Assembly: GCA_030390025.1 (NCBI GenBank)
Contig: CM059433.1
Location: 12,712,001 to 12,776,000 of the forward strand
Direction: 5' to 3'
Length of the DNA: 64,000 nucleotides
Origin: Squalus acanthias
Taxonomy: Eukaryota
Of this stretch, positions 13,118 to 25,754 are shown piece by piece. Below the pieces are notes generated by a model. That model made no database searches, was not told the DNA's origin, and worked only from the letters and a program-made list of their open reading frames with translations. Within the stretch, counting starts at the first letter, position 1; every line of letters starts with the position of its first letter. The position numbers and the translations under genes were made by a program.

Positions 13118-15184
13118 GGGCTGAATTTTGCCGGCGCTCAGAGTGCGGGTTTGGAGACAGGTCCGCTGTCAAAATCGAAATGATTGACAGCGGGTTGGGA
13201 ACCCGCTCTGAACCTGCCTCCATGTAAGTTTCCAAAGTGTCGGGTCTGCGAATTCAGAACAGACCCGACACCAAGCGGCAGGGGAGGCATTTAAGATAGT
13301 TAAATGCTTGTTAAATGCTTGTTAACTACTATTTTGCCAGCCTATTTCTATTTTACCACTTTTTTAATGAGGTTCACGTCGTTCGGAGATCACGTCAGGT
13401 AAGTAGGTTGGGTTCTCATGTCTCCCCATTGCTGTGAATAGGTGACAGCTGCAAAAGTGGTACAAAAGCTACCATTTCACAGCTGGTCACTTTCCAATGT
13501 CAGAAGCTTGAGCCTTCAGGACTTGGAAGACACTTTTGAGCTGTATGCAGTTTGGAAATGTTTGGAGTAAACTCTCTATTCACTGTCACCTCCTTGGAGC
13601 AAGCTCTCTCACCATTGACAGATCGCTTCTGTCATCTCAACTTCAGCTGCCATCTATTCCAGCAACATCGGTGCCCTTGAAAAAATCTCACCTTGGTCCT
13701 CTGAATCCCTCCACGATCAGCCCCAACACCAACATCACCAGGCACACCAAAATCACCAACAACACTCATCTGATGCTGCACAGGGCAAAGGGCATCAGCA
13801 CCCGACAACTTTGCTGCCCGGGAGGCCAGCGATGGCATCACCATGGCCAGATTTACTTCACTTGATGCTGTACACCCTCGCTGCCACATTGACACCACCC
13901 CACACCAGCACCATAAAGCATCCTACAATGTCCAAGCCATTCCTTTCACACTCTTCACATGTGTCTGGGTGGGGGGGATGTTAAGTCTCAACATTCACTG
14001 GAACTCACTAAGACACTTCCAAAGGTGAGCACAGATCTGTCCAATGAGGCAAAGTGTTGAAAATAAAGATTTCAATGTTTGACAACACATTAACAGAAAC
14101 TTCACATGAACATAAGAACATAAGGCGCAGGAGTAGGCCATTCTGCCATTCGGCCCTTCGAGCCTGCTCCGCCATTCAATGAGATCATGGCTGATCTTCT
14201 GCCTCAACTCCATTCACCGGCCCTATCGCCATATCCCTTGATGCCTTTATTAGTCAGAAATCTATCGACTTCTGTTTTGAATATACCCAATGACTGAGCC
14301 TCCACAACCCTCTGGGGTAGAGAATTCCAAAGATTCATCACCCTCTGTGTGAAGAAATGTCTTCTCATCTCAGTCCTGAATGGCCTACCCTTTATTCTGA
14401 GGCTGTGGCCCCTGGTTCTAGACTCCCCAGCCAAGGGAAACATTCTCCCAGCATCCACCTTGTCAAGCCCTGTAAGACTTTTGTGTGAACATTGCATAAG
14501 ACACCCAAGTGCCTACCCTTGTGTGTTGTTAGTTGGTATAATTGGACTAGGATGAGGGTGAGTGTGAGGGGTAGCTAGTGAGATGCGGAACTGATAACGT
14601 AGATAGAGAGGGATGGGTGGAGGTGCAAGGTAAGTTGGTGTGAGTAAGGATGTGTAGGAGTAGGATAGGGAAGGCAGAGTGATGGAGATGTGATGAGTGG
14701 CACAGCAGGATGAGGTTGAGTGGGGCTTTGCAGTAACATTTCGTGATCTACTGAGATCATTGAAAGGTTTGCGCCACTGCAGCCTGGTCCTCCTGACGAC
14801 ATCCCTGCTTGTGCCCTCCTGTGCAATGTGCAACCAGGCTGCTAAGCATATGGAGGAAGTCATGCGAGAGCCTGGGTGCAGCCGTGCAACTCTGTGCAGT
14901 GATTGTCAGTGTTTGCAACAACTCAATACTGCAGAACACTGACAGCACAACTGTCAAAATGAATGTGGCCGTGGTCCCTTTAAGGAAACCGGCTGATGAC
15001 GCGTCATCAAATGACATCACCAGACCCACTTCCTTTTAATTGGCCGGGAACCCCGCAGGGCGGGCTTAGTAAGCCCAATCAACGTAAAATCCTTTTCACA
15101 GAGCGGCTGCAGCCAGGAGCGGGAGCGGAACCAGCCAACCACCTCTCTCGCCGCGATCCCGCCTCCGCTGGTGAAATTAGGTTT
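13118..15184. mobile_element. Non-autonomous Harbinger element, copy A (Myb/SANT remnant on minus strand)
   Basis: Starts GGGCTGAATTTT; colinear with 17411-19170; minus-strand AAWLHIAQEGTSRDVVRRTRLQWRKPFNDLSRS; carries a CR1 insert. Confidence 0.8.
14114..14485 (-). mobile_element. CR1 3' end inserted into Harbinger copy A
   Basis: Minus ORF GLDKVDAGRMFPLAGESRTRGHSLRIKGRPFRTEMRRHFFTQRVMNLWNSLP; TSD TGAACAT (14107-14113, 14486-14492); empty site present in copy B near 18417. Confidence 0.9.
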
Positions 15185-16539
15185 TGGTGCAATATCCCAC
15201 AGACTGAATTTTGGCAAGTGGGATCAGATTGTCTTGCCTTCAGCTTACTCCAGCTGCAACATAACTACAAGTGATAAAAAAAACGAGATTTTCAAAAGGC
15301 CACTGGATAGCTCGGAAACTTTTAAAACTTAATTTTTATTTCCTTTAATGTTAGCAGAGAGCTGGCTGTTCACCCGTCCTTTGCTAACATTAGAATTGAA
15401 CAGGCATTTGGACAGTAGTTTTCCGGGCTTGAGAGTGATGGATAGCCCTCAGTATAATTTAGCATTGATGGAGCTCATTGCTCTAATCAGGCACTGGTGT
15501 CAAACTGGTACCAATCGTGTCACGATATCCATCGCGCTGCAATCTGAACTGGTTTTTTTGGGGCAGGGGGGAGGTTGCGGTGGGGGTGGGGGAGGAGGTT
15601 GCTGAGCCAATAAAGATATAAAAATCTCTTTCTTGCAGTGTGTTCCTCGCCCGCTGCTACAAATAATTTTTAAAAATCAAAATATTTTGATCACTGGTAC
15701 CATCTTGCAGATCTTAACCGCCTCAGAACCTAAGGATCAGATAAACAAGTTAAATGCATGTTTTGGCTTTTCCGATCGCATAAGCTAAGCTCTTGCATTG
15801 CCATATTGCTCGGCCGTTTGTATAATTCAAAGCAAGATCCAATGCAGTATTTAACCATTTTGGATGTTTTGTTTAAAATTTTCCAGCAGGTGTTAAACAA
15901 GCAGTATATTTATCCCGTTGGCTATATAAGTACAAGTTGTTGTTGTTGTTGTTGTTGTTATTGGCCGAAAATTCCTCAGACCTGGTCCTGCTCTGCCACC
16001 GTAACGTTGCCGGAAGTGTGGCGGTACCCCCCATTCACGGCGGAGCAGGAGCAGCTCTGAGTAATTTCCCGGCCATCGAGTTGAGCAAAATTTGTTGGTA
16101 CAATTTTGTGTTGACCAGGTTCAACAAAAAAAATCCCAATAGAAGCTGCTGGGGAGCTTTAGTTAAATGTATTTAAAAAAAAAGATGTGTTAAGTTCAAG
16201 CTGCAGTACCATAGGGTGACCTGATACCTCAACAACTGCGTGCATGACTCCTGACCAGGAGGTTGCAGGTTCCGCCTCGAACTGATATTTAAGTGCTTTT
16301 CGGGTTAGTTCACCACCAACCCCCTAGCTTTGTGCGGACGTAGCATTTCATCTTTTTCGTTGGGGGTGTGGGGGAAATTTCGCAATGAAACATCTTGCCC
16401 TCGTCTTGGTTAGCTCATACTCCATGGTGCCTGGAGTTTGATTTCAGTGGCACCGATGGTAACTGCATATATGTCTACAACCCAGATCATCTCACGTTCT
16501 TATTAAATACTGCCTGGTCTCAAAGTGGGAGGGAACATA

Positions 16540-16930
16540 TTAACAGGAGGAGGCCATTCAGCCCCTCGAGCCTGTTCCACCATTCAATTAGATCATGGCT
16601 GATCTGTATCTTAACTCCATTTAACCGCCTTGGTTCCATAATCCTTAATACCCTTGCCTAACAGAAATCTATCAATCTCAGTTTTGATATTTTCAATTGA
16701 CCTAGCCTCAACAGGTTTTTGGGAGAGAGTTTTCCAGATTTCCACTACCACTTGTGTGAAGATGTGCTTCATGACGTCAACCCTGAATGGTCTAGCTCTA
16801 ACTTTAAGGTTATGCCCCCTTGTTCTGGACTCCCCCACCAAAGGAAACAGTTTCTCTCTATCTACCCTACCTCAATTAGATCACCCCTGAATTTTCAGTA
16901 CTCAAAAGGGAATGCATGCCTAGTCTATGC
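16540..16930 (-). mobile_element. CR1 3' end
   Basis: Minus ORF VGESRTRGHNLKVRARPFR...KTEIDRFLLGKGIKDYG. Confidence 0.85.
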
Positions 16931-17410
16931 AAGAGAGGGTAAAAACTGCACTCCACATATATTATGAATAGACATTTTGAAATGACTGTTTAAGTAGAAC
17001 TTACTTAGCAGAAACTTATTGCATTTTTTTTAGGGAGAGATATACCAAATAAATACACTTTTAGGGCTGATATCAAGTTTTGATGAGTAATAAACAATTT
17101 CAGACTTTATAATATCCACCTCTCTCTTTCACTCTGTCGACTGTCCTTTGAAAATTGGCCAAATCTTTCTGCCACCTGCTAAAACTGGTCTCTTGCTCGA
17201 TTTTCCACCTGCAGAGAGCGGCTTTACAGGGCAACAGCAAACAACCTAAGGCTGTAGGGACTGTGTTTGGGACCCTTGATTAAGGTAGGATCTCCACAAA
17301 CTCTTAAGAGCTGGGGATAGTGGAATATCTACTCTGTTTACATTTCATGAAATTTAACCCTTCCCTTCAAAGCGACCACTTTCTGTCATGAACACTACAG
17401 GTAAACTATA

Positions 17411-19170
17411 GGGGGGAATTTCCCAGGGGGGTCAGCGGGCATGATCGGTGGTGGGTTGGGTGGGAAAAAAAAAATTTTGACAGCGGGTCGGGACCCTGCT
17501 GTCAACCCGCCGCCACGCACCTTTCCCAAATGTCAGATCTGTCAGCTCTAAGCAGACCCAACACGCAGCAGCGGGGGAGGCAATTAAGGTCATTATGACC
17601 TTGTTAACAGAGCATTAAGAACTATTTTCAGCTCACCTTCAGAGTTTACCAGGTTGCCCATGGGGTCCACGCTGCTCGGGGATCACGCCAGGTCAGCAGG
17701 GCGGGACTTGAATGGCCATGGATTCATCTCATTACTTGACAGCTGCAAATGTGCTATAAAAGCTCCCATCTCACAGCTGTTCACTTTCCAAGGTCAGAAG
17801 CTGTTGCTTACTGCATTTGGAAGACAGATTGAGCTTTATGCAGGTTGCAAGTGTTTGGAGCAAACTCTCTATCCATTGTCACCTCATTGGAACAACCTCT
17901 CTCACCATTGACAGATCGCATCTGTCATCTCAAGTTCACCTGCTATCTATTCCATCAACATCGGTGCCCTTGAAACTATCTCACCTTGGTCCCACCACGA
18001 TCAGTCCCAACAACAGCAGCACCAGGCACACCAGCAGCACCAACAACAACACCAACCTTCTCCGCAATCAACTGATGCTGCACAGGACACAGGGCATCAG
18101 CACCCGACCACATTGCTGCCCGGGAGGCCAGGGATGTCCTCACCATGGCCAGATTTACTTCAGTTGATACTGTACACCCTGGCTGCCACATGATGTGCCA
18201 GGTTGGCACCACCCCATACCAACACCATAAAGTATCCCTACAATGCCCAAGCCATTCCTTTCACACTCATCACCATTGCTGGGGGTACTGTTATGTCTCA
18301 CTATTCACTTCAACTCACTAAGCCACTTCCAAAGGTAAGCACAAATCTGTCCAAGAACCCAAAGTGTTGAAAATAAAGGTTTCAATGTTTGACACCACAT
18401 TAACAGAAACTTGACATGAACATTGCATAAAACACCTAAGTGCCTACCCTTGTGTGTTGTTAGTTGGTATGATTGGACTAGGATGAGGGTGAGTGTGAGG
18501 GGTGGCTAGTGAGATGGGGAAGTGATAATGTAGATAGAGAGTGATGGGTGGAGGTGCAAGGTAAGTTGGTGTGAGTAAGGATGTGTAGGAGTAGGGTAGG
18601 GAAAGCAGAGTGATGGGGATGTGATGAGTGGCACAGCAGGATGTGGTTGAGTGTGGCTTGGCAGTAACGTTTCGTGATCTACTGAGATCATTCAAAGGTT
18701 TGCACCACTGCAGCCTGGTCCTCCTGACGACATCCCTGCTTGTGCCCTCCTGTGCAATGTGCAACCAGGCTGCGTTGGTCTCCTGGGGAGGTGTCTTCCA
18801 TCCATTGGAAGGGAAGAGGACCTCCCTGCGTGCTGTGACTCCCTCCATAAACATGTGGAGGGAGTTATGAGAGAGCCTGGGTGCAGCCGTGCACCTCTGT
18901 GCAGTGATTGTCAGTGTTTGCAGCACCTCAATGCTGTAGAACACTGACAGCACAAATGCCAAAATCAATGTGGCCATGGTCCCTTTAAGGAAACCGGCTG
19001 AGGACACGTCATCAAATGACGTCATCAGACCTGCTTCCTTTTAATTGGCCGGCAAATGCGCTGGGCGGGCTTAACAAGCCCAATCAGGGGAAATTCATTT
19101 TGGACAGCGGGCTGGAGCTGGCAGTGAGGTTGCCCGCCACGGACTCGCTGAGGTTGGTAAAATCCAGCCC
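17411..19170. mobile_element. Non-autonomous Harbinger element, copy B, with Myb/SANT-like exon on minus strand
   Basis: Termini GGGGGGAATTT / AAAATCCAGCCC. ORF 18444-19025(-) contains APRLSHNSLHMFMEGVTARREVLFPSNG...AAWLHIAQE...WCKPLNDLSRS, a Harbinger Myb/SANT (NAIF1/MSANTD-like) domain. Confidence 0.82.
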
Positions 19171-19827
19171 GATAGTGTCTGTATTGGGTCCTTCTGCTTG
19201 GACAGTCGAACCTAATTTTGTACTGAACCTCAAAATGCTAAATAAACTCTGCTTTTCAGCGAATTTTGTACCCATCAAAGTAAAGGATATGGGAAACAGA
19301 ACATTTGTTTTTCAGTTTTTCCATCCAGTGTGAGGATCAAGCACGCTTGGGTTAGGTTACGTACAGGTTAATGCTTGTCCAAATAATAACTGAGTCTAGG
19401 ATTCAAACTGAGACCTCTTGTGCTCTACTGTCAGAGCTGCTGGGCTCCTAATGAATTCCTATTTAATATTTTTAACCATTGGTTTGAGATTCATGTTAAG
19501 GAGTGTCCACTTGATTAAACTACTTACTTGTATCTGTGTTCAGATTAATTGGTCAACTTTTTATTTAAGTATGTCACTGTGCAAACATTTGTATTGATTA
19601 ATAAACTAGATAGTTCAGAAGCAAAAAGCCTCTTCCTGGTATTATTTTTAAGGAAGTAAATCCAGTTGGATCAAGAGTACCTATTAAGGCAGCTTAAAGT
19701 CCAATCTGTGGAAATCCTTAACTTCCCCCAGTCTTCCGTGTCTCCTAGTAGCTTTTAAAAACTTAGCCGCTATTTCTTGAGTTAGTATATCTCTCCTGAT
19801 CTTTTCAATCTTGGTGGTGCCGTCTAA

Positions 19828-20262
19828 AGAAATAAAGAATTTGCACTACTATAGCAACTTTCACTACCTCTGGATACTTTTTGCAGTGTAGTGACTATTG
19901 TAATGTAGGGAAACGTGGCAGCCAATTTATAGACAGCTAGGTCCCGCAAACAGCAATGCGATAATGACCAGCTATTCTATTTCAGTGAACTTTGTTGAGG
20001 GATAAGCATAGACCAGGACAGCAGGAGAACTCCCCGGCTTTTACTAGTGCCATGGAATCTTTTGGAGGAACCTGAGATGACAGGCTGTTGGCTTAACATC
20101 TCATCTGAAAGACCGCTCCTCTGACCGTGCAGCACTCCCTCAGTCTTGTGTAGAACTGTCAGCCTAGCTTTATGCGCTCAAGTCTCTGGAGTGGGGCTTT
20201 AACCAACAACCTTCTGCCTCAGAGGCGAGAGAGAGTGCGACCCACTGAGCCACAGCTGACAC
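19828..20262 (-). mobile_element. tRNA-derived DeuSINE (SacSINE1-like), near full length
   Basis: Minus strand: A-box TGGCTCAGTGG, degenerate B-box, Deu-like core gggagtgctgcacggtcagagg...gtctttcagatgagatgttaa, L2-like tail ending in TTTC-type repeats. Confidence 0.75.
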
Positions 20263-20432
20263 CTTTACTATGGTCTTGGTCCTTCAACAAAGTTTCTCAA
20301 TAAAAAACAAAGATTTATAAACCAACTTTTAACTGAAAACATCCGCAAAATTGGCCAGTTGAAAGCAGGATGGCAATGGTTGAAGAGAACTCAAAGTTTA
20401 AAGTGGAATTATGAATGTTGAAGAGAGACATA

Positions 20433-21445
20433 GGCCCAGATTTTAAAGGGTGGGGGGCGATACTGTGCTGCGAACCCCAAAGCGGGCGGTGCACTCGGAG
20501 AGGCCAAGGATGTGCAGGCCAGGCTAATCTTAAAGCTGGTCCTGATTTACATAAATTTTCGGAGAGTCCTGCCCAAACCTGTCCAGATGCACTATGGCTG
20601 GCGGGGCGGAGAAGGAATTTGGCAACTCGGAGACCGGAAATCAGTTGGGGGGGGGTGGGGGGCGGGCTCTGTCTGTGCTGGTGGGGGGGGGCTCTGTCCA
20701 TGCTGGGAGTAGGGGGGGCTCTGTCTGTGCTGGTGGTGGGGGGGCTCAGTCCGTGCTGGGAGTAGGGGGGGCTCTGTCCGTGCTGGGGGGTGCGGTGGGG
20801 GGGGGGGGGGCTCAGTCCGTGCTGGCGGTGGGGGGGCTCTGTCCGTGCTGGGAGTAGGGGGGGCTCTGTCCGTGCTGAGGGGGGGGGGGGAGTGGGGGGG
20901 GTGCTCTGTCCATGCTAGGAGTAAGGGGGGGGGGGGGGTCTCTGTCCGTGATGGGGGGATGTGGGGGGGGGGGTGGATTGGGACCTTTTGCTGCGAGCGA
21001 GGAAGGGGTTAGCCCGGGTCAAGGGTGGCCCAAGGCTTCTCTGTGTTGCCCGGAGGAGTCACAAGGAAACTTAAAATTACATTTTTCACGCTTACCTTCT
21101 GGCCTAGTATCTGGCTTCGGGCAGGTTTGGCCTGATGGGGAAGCCGTCACTGTCTTCCCTCCACCCCCCACTCAGGCCTCCAACTAAAATTGCAGATCGG
21201 GTCCCAATAACATCATATGGTGATTTCAAATAAAGCTGTTGGACTATAACCTGGTGTTGTGCGACTTCTCACATCATATTTAAAGAAGGACATTGCTTCC
21301 TTTCTGCGTGTGCCCCACTCGTCTGCTCACAAGAGCAGGCTAAGATTGGGGCATGGTGGGATGGCAGCAGGGTCAGAGGAGGCAAGTGACTGCCCCCCCC
21401 CCCCAGCCTGGTGTCCGCCAGGCAGGCAGTGTTAATATCAGAGCC
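20433..21445. mobile_element. Harbinger-type MITE with internal G-rich minisatellite (about 20660-20965) and a PLE micro-insertion
   Basis: Termini GGCCCAGATTTTAA / TTAATATCAGAGCC; tandem G(n)CTCTGTCCGTGCTG units. Confidence 0.6.
21219..21270 (+). mobile_element. 52-bp PLE pLTR fragment with 9-bp TSD
   Basis: ACATCATAT at 21210-21218 and 21271-21279; insert nearly identical to 43026-43076. Confidence 0.85.
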
Positions 21446-21604
21446 ATAATTGCTAAATATGACATAAGTGATCATGAGATGTACCTATGTTGGAAATATT
21501 AGCCAATAAGTTTTCAACATGAGCTGGTTAAAGTTTGTAAACAGGAGTCACAGTAATTCGCTGAGTGAATTGTTTGGTTACCAAGTGCAGCACTGAATGT
21601 TTGA

Positions 21605-22076
21605 TTAGAATAGCATAGATGTATTTAAGGGGAAGCTAGATAAGCACAGGAGGGAGAAAGGAATAGAAGGATATGTTGATAGGATTAGATAAATTTGGAT
21701 GGGAGGACGCACGTGTGGAGCATTAACACCGGCACAGATGGCAGAGACAGAATAAGGGGTCGGCCATTTAGGACTGAGATGAGGAGAAATTTCTTCACTC
21801 AGAGGGTGGTGAATCTTTGGAATTCTCTACCCCAGAGGGCTGTGGAGGCTCAGTCGTTGAGTATATTCAAGACAGAGATCGATAGATTTTTGGATATTAA
21901 GGGAACCAAGGGATATGGGGATAGTGCAGGAAAGTGGAGATGAGGTAGAAGATCAGCCATGATCTCATTGAATGGCGGAGCTGGCTCGAGGGGCCGAATG
22001 GCCTACTCCTGCTCTTATTTCTTATGTTCTTAGACCAGTTGGGCTGAATGGCCTGTTTCTATGCTGTAGACCCTAT
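21605..22076 (+). mobile_element. CR1 3' end with a second CR1 3' end nested (about 21740-22030)
   Basis: Outer tail like 10120-10285, split at ...acaccggcacaga / gaccagttgggctgaatggcc; inner RPFRTEMRRNFFTQRVVNLWNSLPQRAVEAQSL. Confidence 0.8.
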
Positions 22077-22935
22077 GGCCCTGATACTCACTGGGGCGGG
22101 GTTTCCGAGCCAGGGAGGAGTAGTTATGGTTGGGAAACCTGCAAGTTCGGGTTTCCCTGAAAGCCATGGAGTTTTAACTCCAGGGCGTGCGTGTTTTTTT
22201 TTAAACCGATTCCCCGCCCGGATGCCAGCTTGATTGACAGGCTTGGTTGCCCGTCGGGTGGGTATCGCACCTGAAAAGCCCAGGAGCAGGTAGGTTTAGT
22301 TGCTGTTGGGGATAGAGGTCGTGGGGGAGAGGGGCGGGTGGGTAGAGCGTGGTTGGGAGGTCAGGGGGTAATCACAGGGGGGTGGGGTCGGAGATCGGGG
22401 GTCGGGGAGAGATCGGAGGGGTGTCGGCGATTGGTGGGGTCGGAGAGAGATCAGAGGGGTGTCGGAGATCGGGGGTCAGATTGGTGGGTCAGCGATCACG
22501 GGCAGGGGTCAGTGATGGGGGAGGGGTCGTTGTCGGAGGGAGATCGTGGAAGTGGGAGGGCGATTACAGGTAAGCTTGTTGGGCCGGGGGAAACACTCCT
22601 GCTCTTCCTGGCCCACAAGCAGTGCTATAAAGTCACTTACCTGATGGATCCAGCCCTTCTCTCCTCCTTTTACCTGCCTGGTTTCCCAGGGGCCTGGGAA
22701 ACCCGGCTGACATATGTTAAAAACAGAAACACTGTTAAAATAAAGGCATGCAGCCTCCTCACAAGGTTTCAATGACCGGCTCGTCTCCTGAGAGTGGATT
22801 GGTCGCCTACTCCACCCTCGTTAAAACCAGAAATGGGCGGATTTGAGACGGGTTGGGTTTCTGTTTTAAATTTTTAACTTTTTAACCTCCCACCTGACCC
22901 AAACCAACCGATCTTTGGGGGTTCAAATTACCCCC
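22077..22935. mobile_element. GC-rich Harbinger-type MITE
   Basis: Degenerate termini GGCCCTGATAC / AAATTACCCCC; interrupts the CR1 terminal repeat. Confidence 0.5.
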
Positions 22936-23534
22936 GATGTAACTCTATGATTGAAAGATATCTGCTAGAGTTCAGGATTAATTTTGTAGCATCTTCTATC
23001 AGCTGTTCCTGCAAGAATACTTTTGTCCCCTGTGATCGGGAAGCTGTACTCTACCATCTCAGAGGTGCATACTCAAGGGACTAATATTGCAGTAATTTGC
23101 TTATTGGTTTTAATATAGTTTGTACCATGCTACCAGATTGTCTTGGAGGTAGTATACAGACCAGAAAATGGCAGACTAAAGTAACTAGTAAATTCTATTT
23201 ACAACTAAATATCTCTATGAAGCATAACTAATTGAAAATACGAACAACACTAATGATAATGACCATTGTACATTAATTACTATTCAAATAGCTCTGTCAG
23301 ACTGATGAACAATATTTTTGGTATTGTGAATTCAACCTCTTCTTGACCACCAAGTAGAAATTCAAGTGTTCCCGAATACTGGGGGCAGGGATTGATCCCC
23401 TGGTCGGACTGGATAGTTCTGAGGCAGACATAATATTGGGCCTCGGGCTTCATTATCATCGAATCGGCGAGCTGCGGACATCTAATATGCATCTCCAGGC
23501 AGCTCGCTGGAGAAGGGGACACAAAGATTGGGGA

Positions 23535-24880
23535 GACTGGGGGTGATCGGGGAGAATGGGGGTGATCGGGGAGAGTTGGGGTGATCGGGGAGAGTGGGTG
23601 TGATCGGGGAAAGTGGGGGTGAACGGGGAGAGGGGGGTGATTGGGGAGAGTGGGTGTGATCGGGGAGAGTGGGGGTGATTGGGGAGAGTGGGGGTGATTG
23701 GGGAGAGTGGGTGTGATCGGGGAGAGTGGGGGTGATTGGGGAGAGTGGGGGTGATCGGGGAGAGTGGGGGTGATCGGGGAGGGGGGGTGATCGGGGAGGG
23801 TGGGGGTGATCGGGGAGAGTGGGGGTGATCGGGGAGAGTGGGGGTGATCGGGGAGAGTGGGGGTGATCGGGGAGAGGGGGGTGATCGGGGAGTGGGGGTG
23901 ATCGGGAGAGGGGGGTGATCGGGGAGAGGGGGGGTGATCGGGGAGGGTGACGGTGATCGGGGAGGGTGGGGGTGATCGGGGAGAGTGGGGGTGATCGGGG
24001 AGAGTGGGGGTGATCGGGGAGAGGGGGGTGATCGGGGAGGGTGGGGGTGATCGGGGAGAGGGGGGTGATCGGGGAGAGGGGGGTGATCGGGGAGGGGGGT
24101 GATCGGGGAGAGGGGGGTGATCGGGGAGGGTGGGGGTGATCGGGGAGAGGGGGGGTGATCAGGGAGAGTGGGGGTGATCGGGGAGGGGGGGTGATCGGGG
24201 AAAGCGGGGGTGATCGGGGAGAGGGGGGTGATCGGGGAGAGGGGGGTGATCGGGGAGAGCGGGGGTGATCGGGGAGAGGGGGGTGATCGGGGAGAGTGGG
24301 GGTGATCGGGGAGGGTGACGGTGATCGGGGAGGGTGACGGTGATCGGGGAGGGTGACGGTGATCGGGGAGGGTGACAGTGATCGGGGAGGGTGACGGTGA
24401 TCGGGGAGGGTGACGGTGATCGGGGAGGGTGACGGTGATCGGGGAGGGTGACGGTGATCGGAGAGGGTGACGGTGATCGGAGAGGGTGAAGGTGATCGGG
24501 GAGGGTGACGGTGATCGGGGAGGGTGACGGTGATCGGGGAGGGTGACGGTGATCGGGGAGGGTGACGGTGATCCGGGAGGGTGACGGTGATCGGGGAGGG
24601 TGACGGTGATCGGGGAGGGTGACGGTGATCGGGGATAGTGGGGGTGATTGGGGATGGTGATGGTGATTGGGGGAGGGTGACGGTGATCGGGGAGGGTGAC
24701 GGTGATCGGGGAGGGTGACGGTGATCGGGGAGGGTGACGGTGAGCGGGGAGGGTGACGGTGAGCGGGGAGGGTGACGGTGATCGGGGAGGGTGACGGTGA
24801 TCGGGGAGGGTGACGGTGATCGGGGAGGGTGACGGTGATCGGGGAGGGTGACGGTGATCGGGGAGGGTGACGGTGATTGG
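23535..24880. repeat. About 1.35-kb G-rich minisatellite, 19-bp unit, two subdomains
   Basis: Left units GGGGTGATCGGGGAGAGTG (with shorter variants); right units ACGGTGATCGGGGAGGGTG. The 19-aa periodicity of the spurious minus ORF confirms the 19-bp unit. Confidence 0.95.
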
Positions 24881-25754
24881 ATAGTGTGACGGCAGCTCGG
24901 GGAGAGTCAAGGTCACGATGTGGTGGAAAGTGTTGGCCGGCCGTGCCAGCTTACGGCCGGGAGGAGCCCTCCTGCTGGAGCCCCTGTACGGATTGCCTGT
25001 TGTGCCGGATGTTGACCATGTTTTCCTGAACACAGCCGCCACTAGCGCGGGCTGCCTCACAGCAACCCAATGTTGCAGAGGGGGCCTTAGACAAGCATTC
25101 GGCCCTTTATTTGAATATGCCTCGGGCTTAACGCCTGTTTCAGGTGCGGACCCTGGATGCCTGTTTTTCTGCCTACACCAGTATGATGGGTGGGCACTTC
25201 CGGCTTGTAATGAGCATGTGCTTCCTGCCGTTTAACGTCAGAAAAACAGGTGCTGCTTGTTCGAATTTCTAAGCCGTTACGTCTCTCATGTGTGGTTTAT
25301 TGCTGTAAACATCCTCCACCTGGTCAGATGGGCTGTTTTCTATAACCCCTTAATGTATAAAAAAAATAACAACTCGGGATTCTCAGACAAATCAAATAAT
25401 GACTCGTACAACATGGGAGACTGCTAAGAGAGTCTCCTGAATAAATTAAACAATATGTCATGCATAAATTTAATTGAAGACATTGGTGTTGATCTTCCCA
25501 AATAGTCGAGAGATTTCATCACAAAGAAATGGGGACTATACAAATCTGTCTGAAACACAAAATTACTCACATGTGTACATCAAACAGGTTTGTTCGTTAA
25601 GTGTCTTCACAATTAAACACACCCATTCTTTGCGTCATTAGAAGCCTTCGTTAGTTCAATCAATAATGGTATGTACTGTGGAGACACACTACTTGAATTT
25701 CAAATCAAGGAAACCAACAATTCAGACTCTGCCACAGAATCCCTTAAAACAGTA

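Noticed and set aside
20190..20262. tRNA gene
   Set aside because: tRNA-derived SINE head continuous with the Deu-like body; no intact cloverleaf.
23535..24880. CRISPR-like array
   Set aside because: Head-to-tail units without unique spacers, in eukaryotic DNA with no cas genes.
23456..25060. 534-aa Pro/Ser-rich minus-strand ORF
   Set aside because: It is the translation of a stop-free 19-bp minisatellite; no protein-like features.
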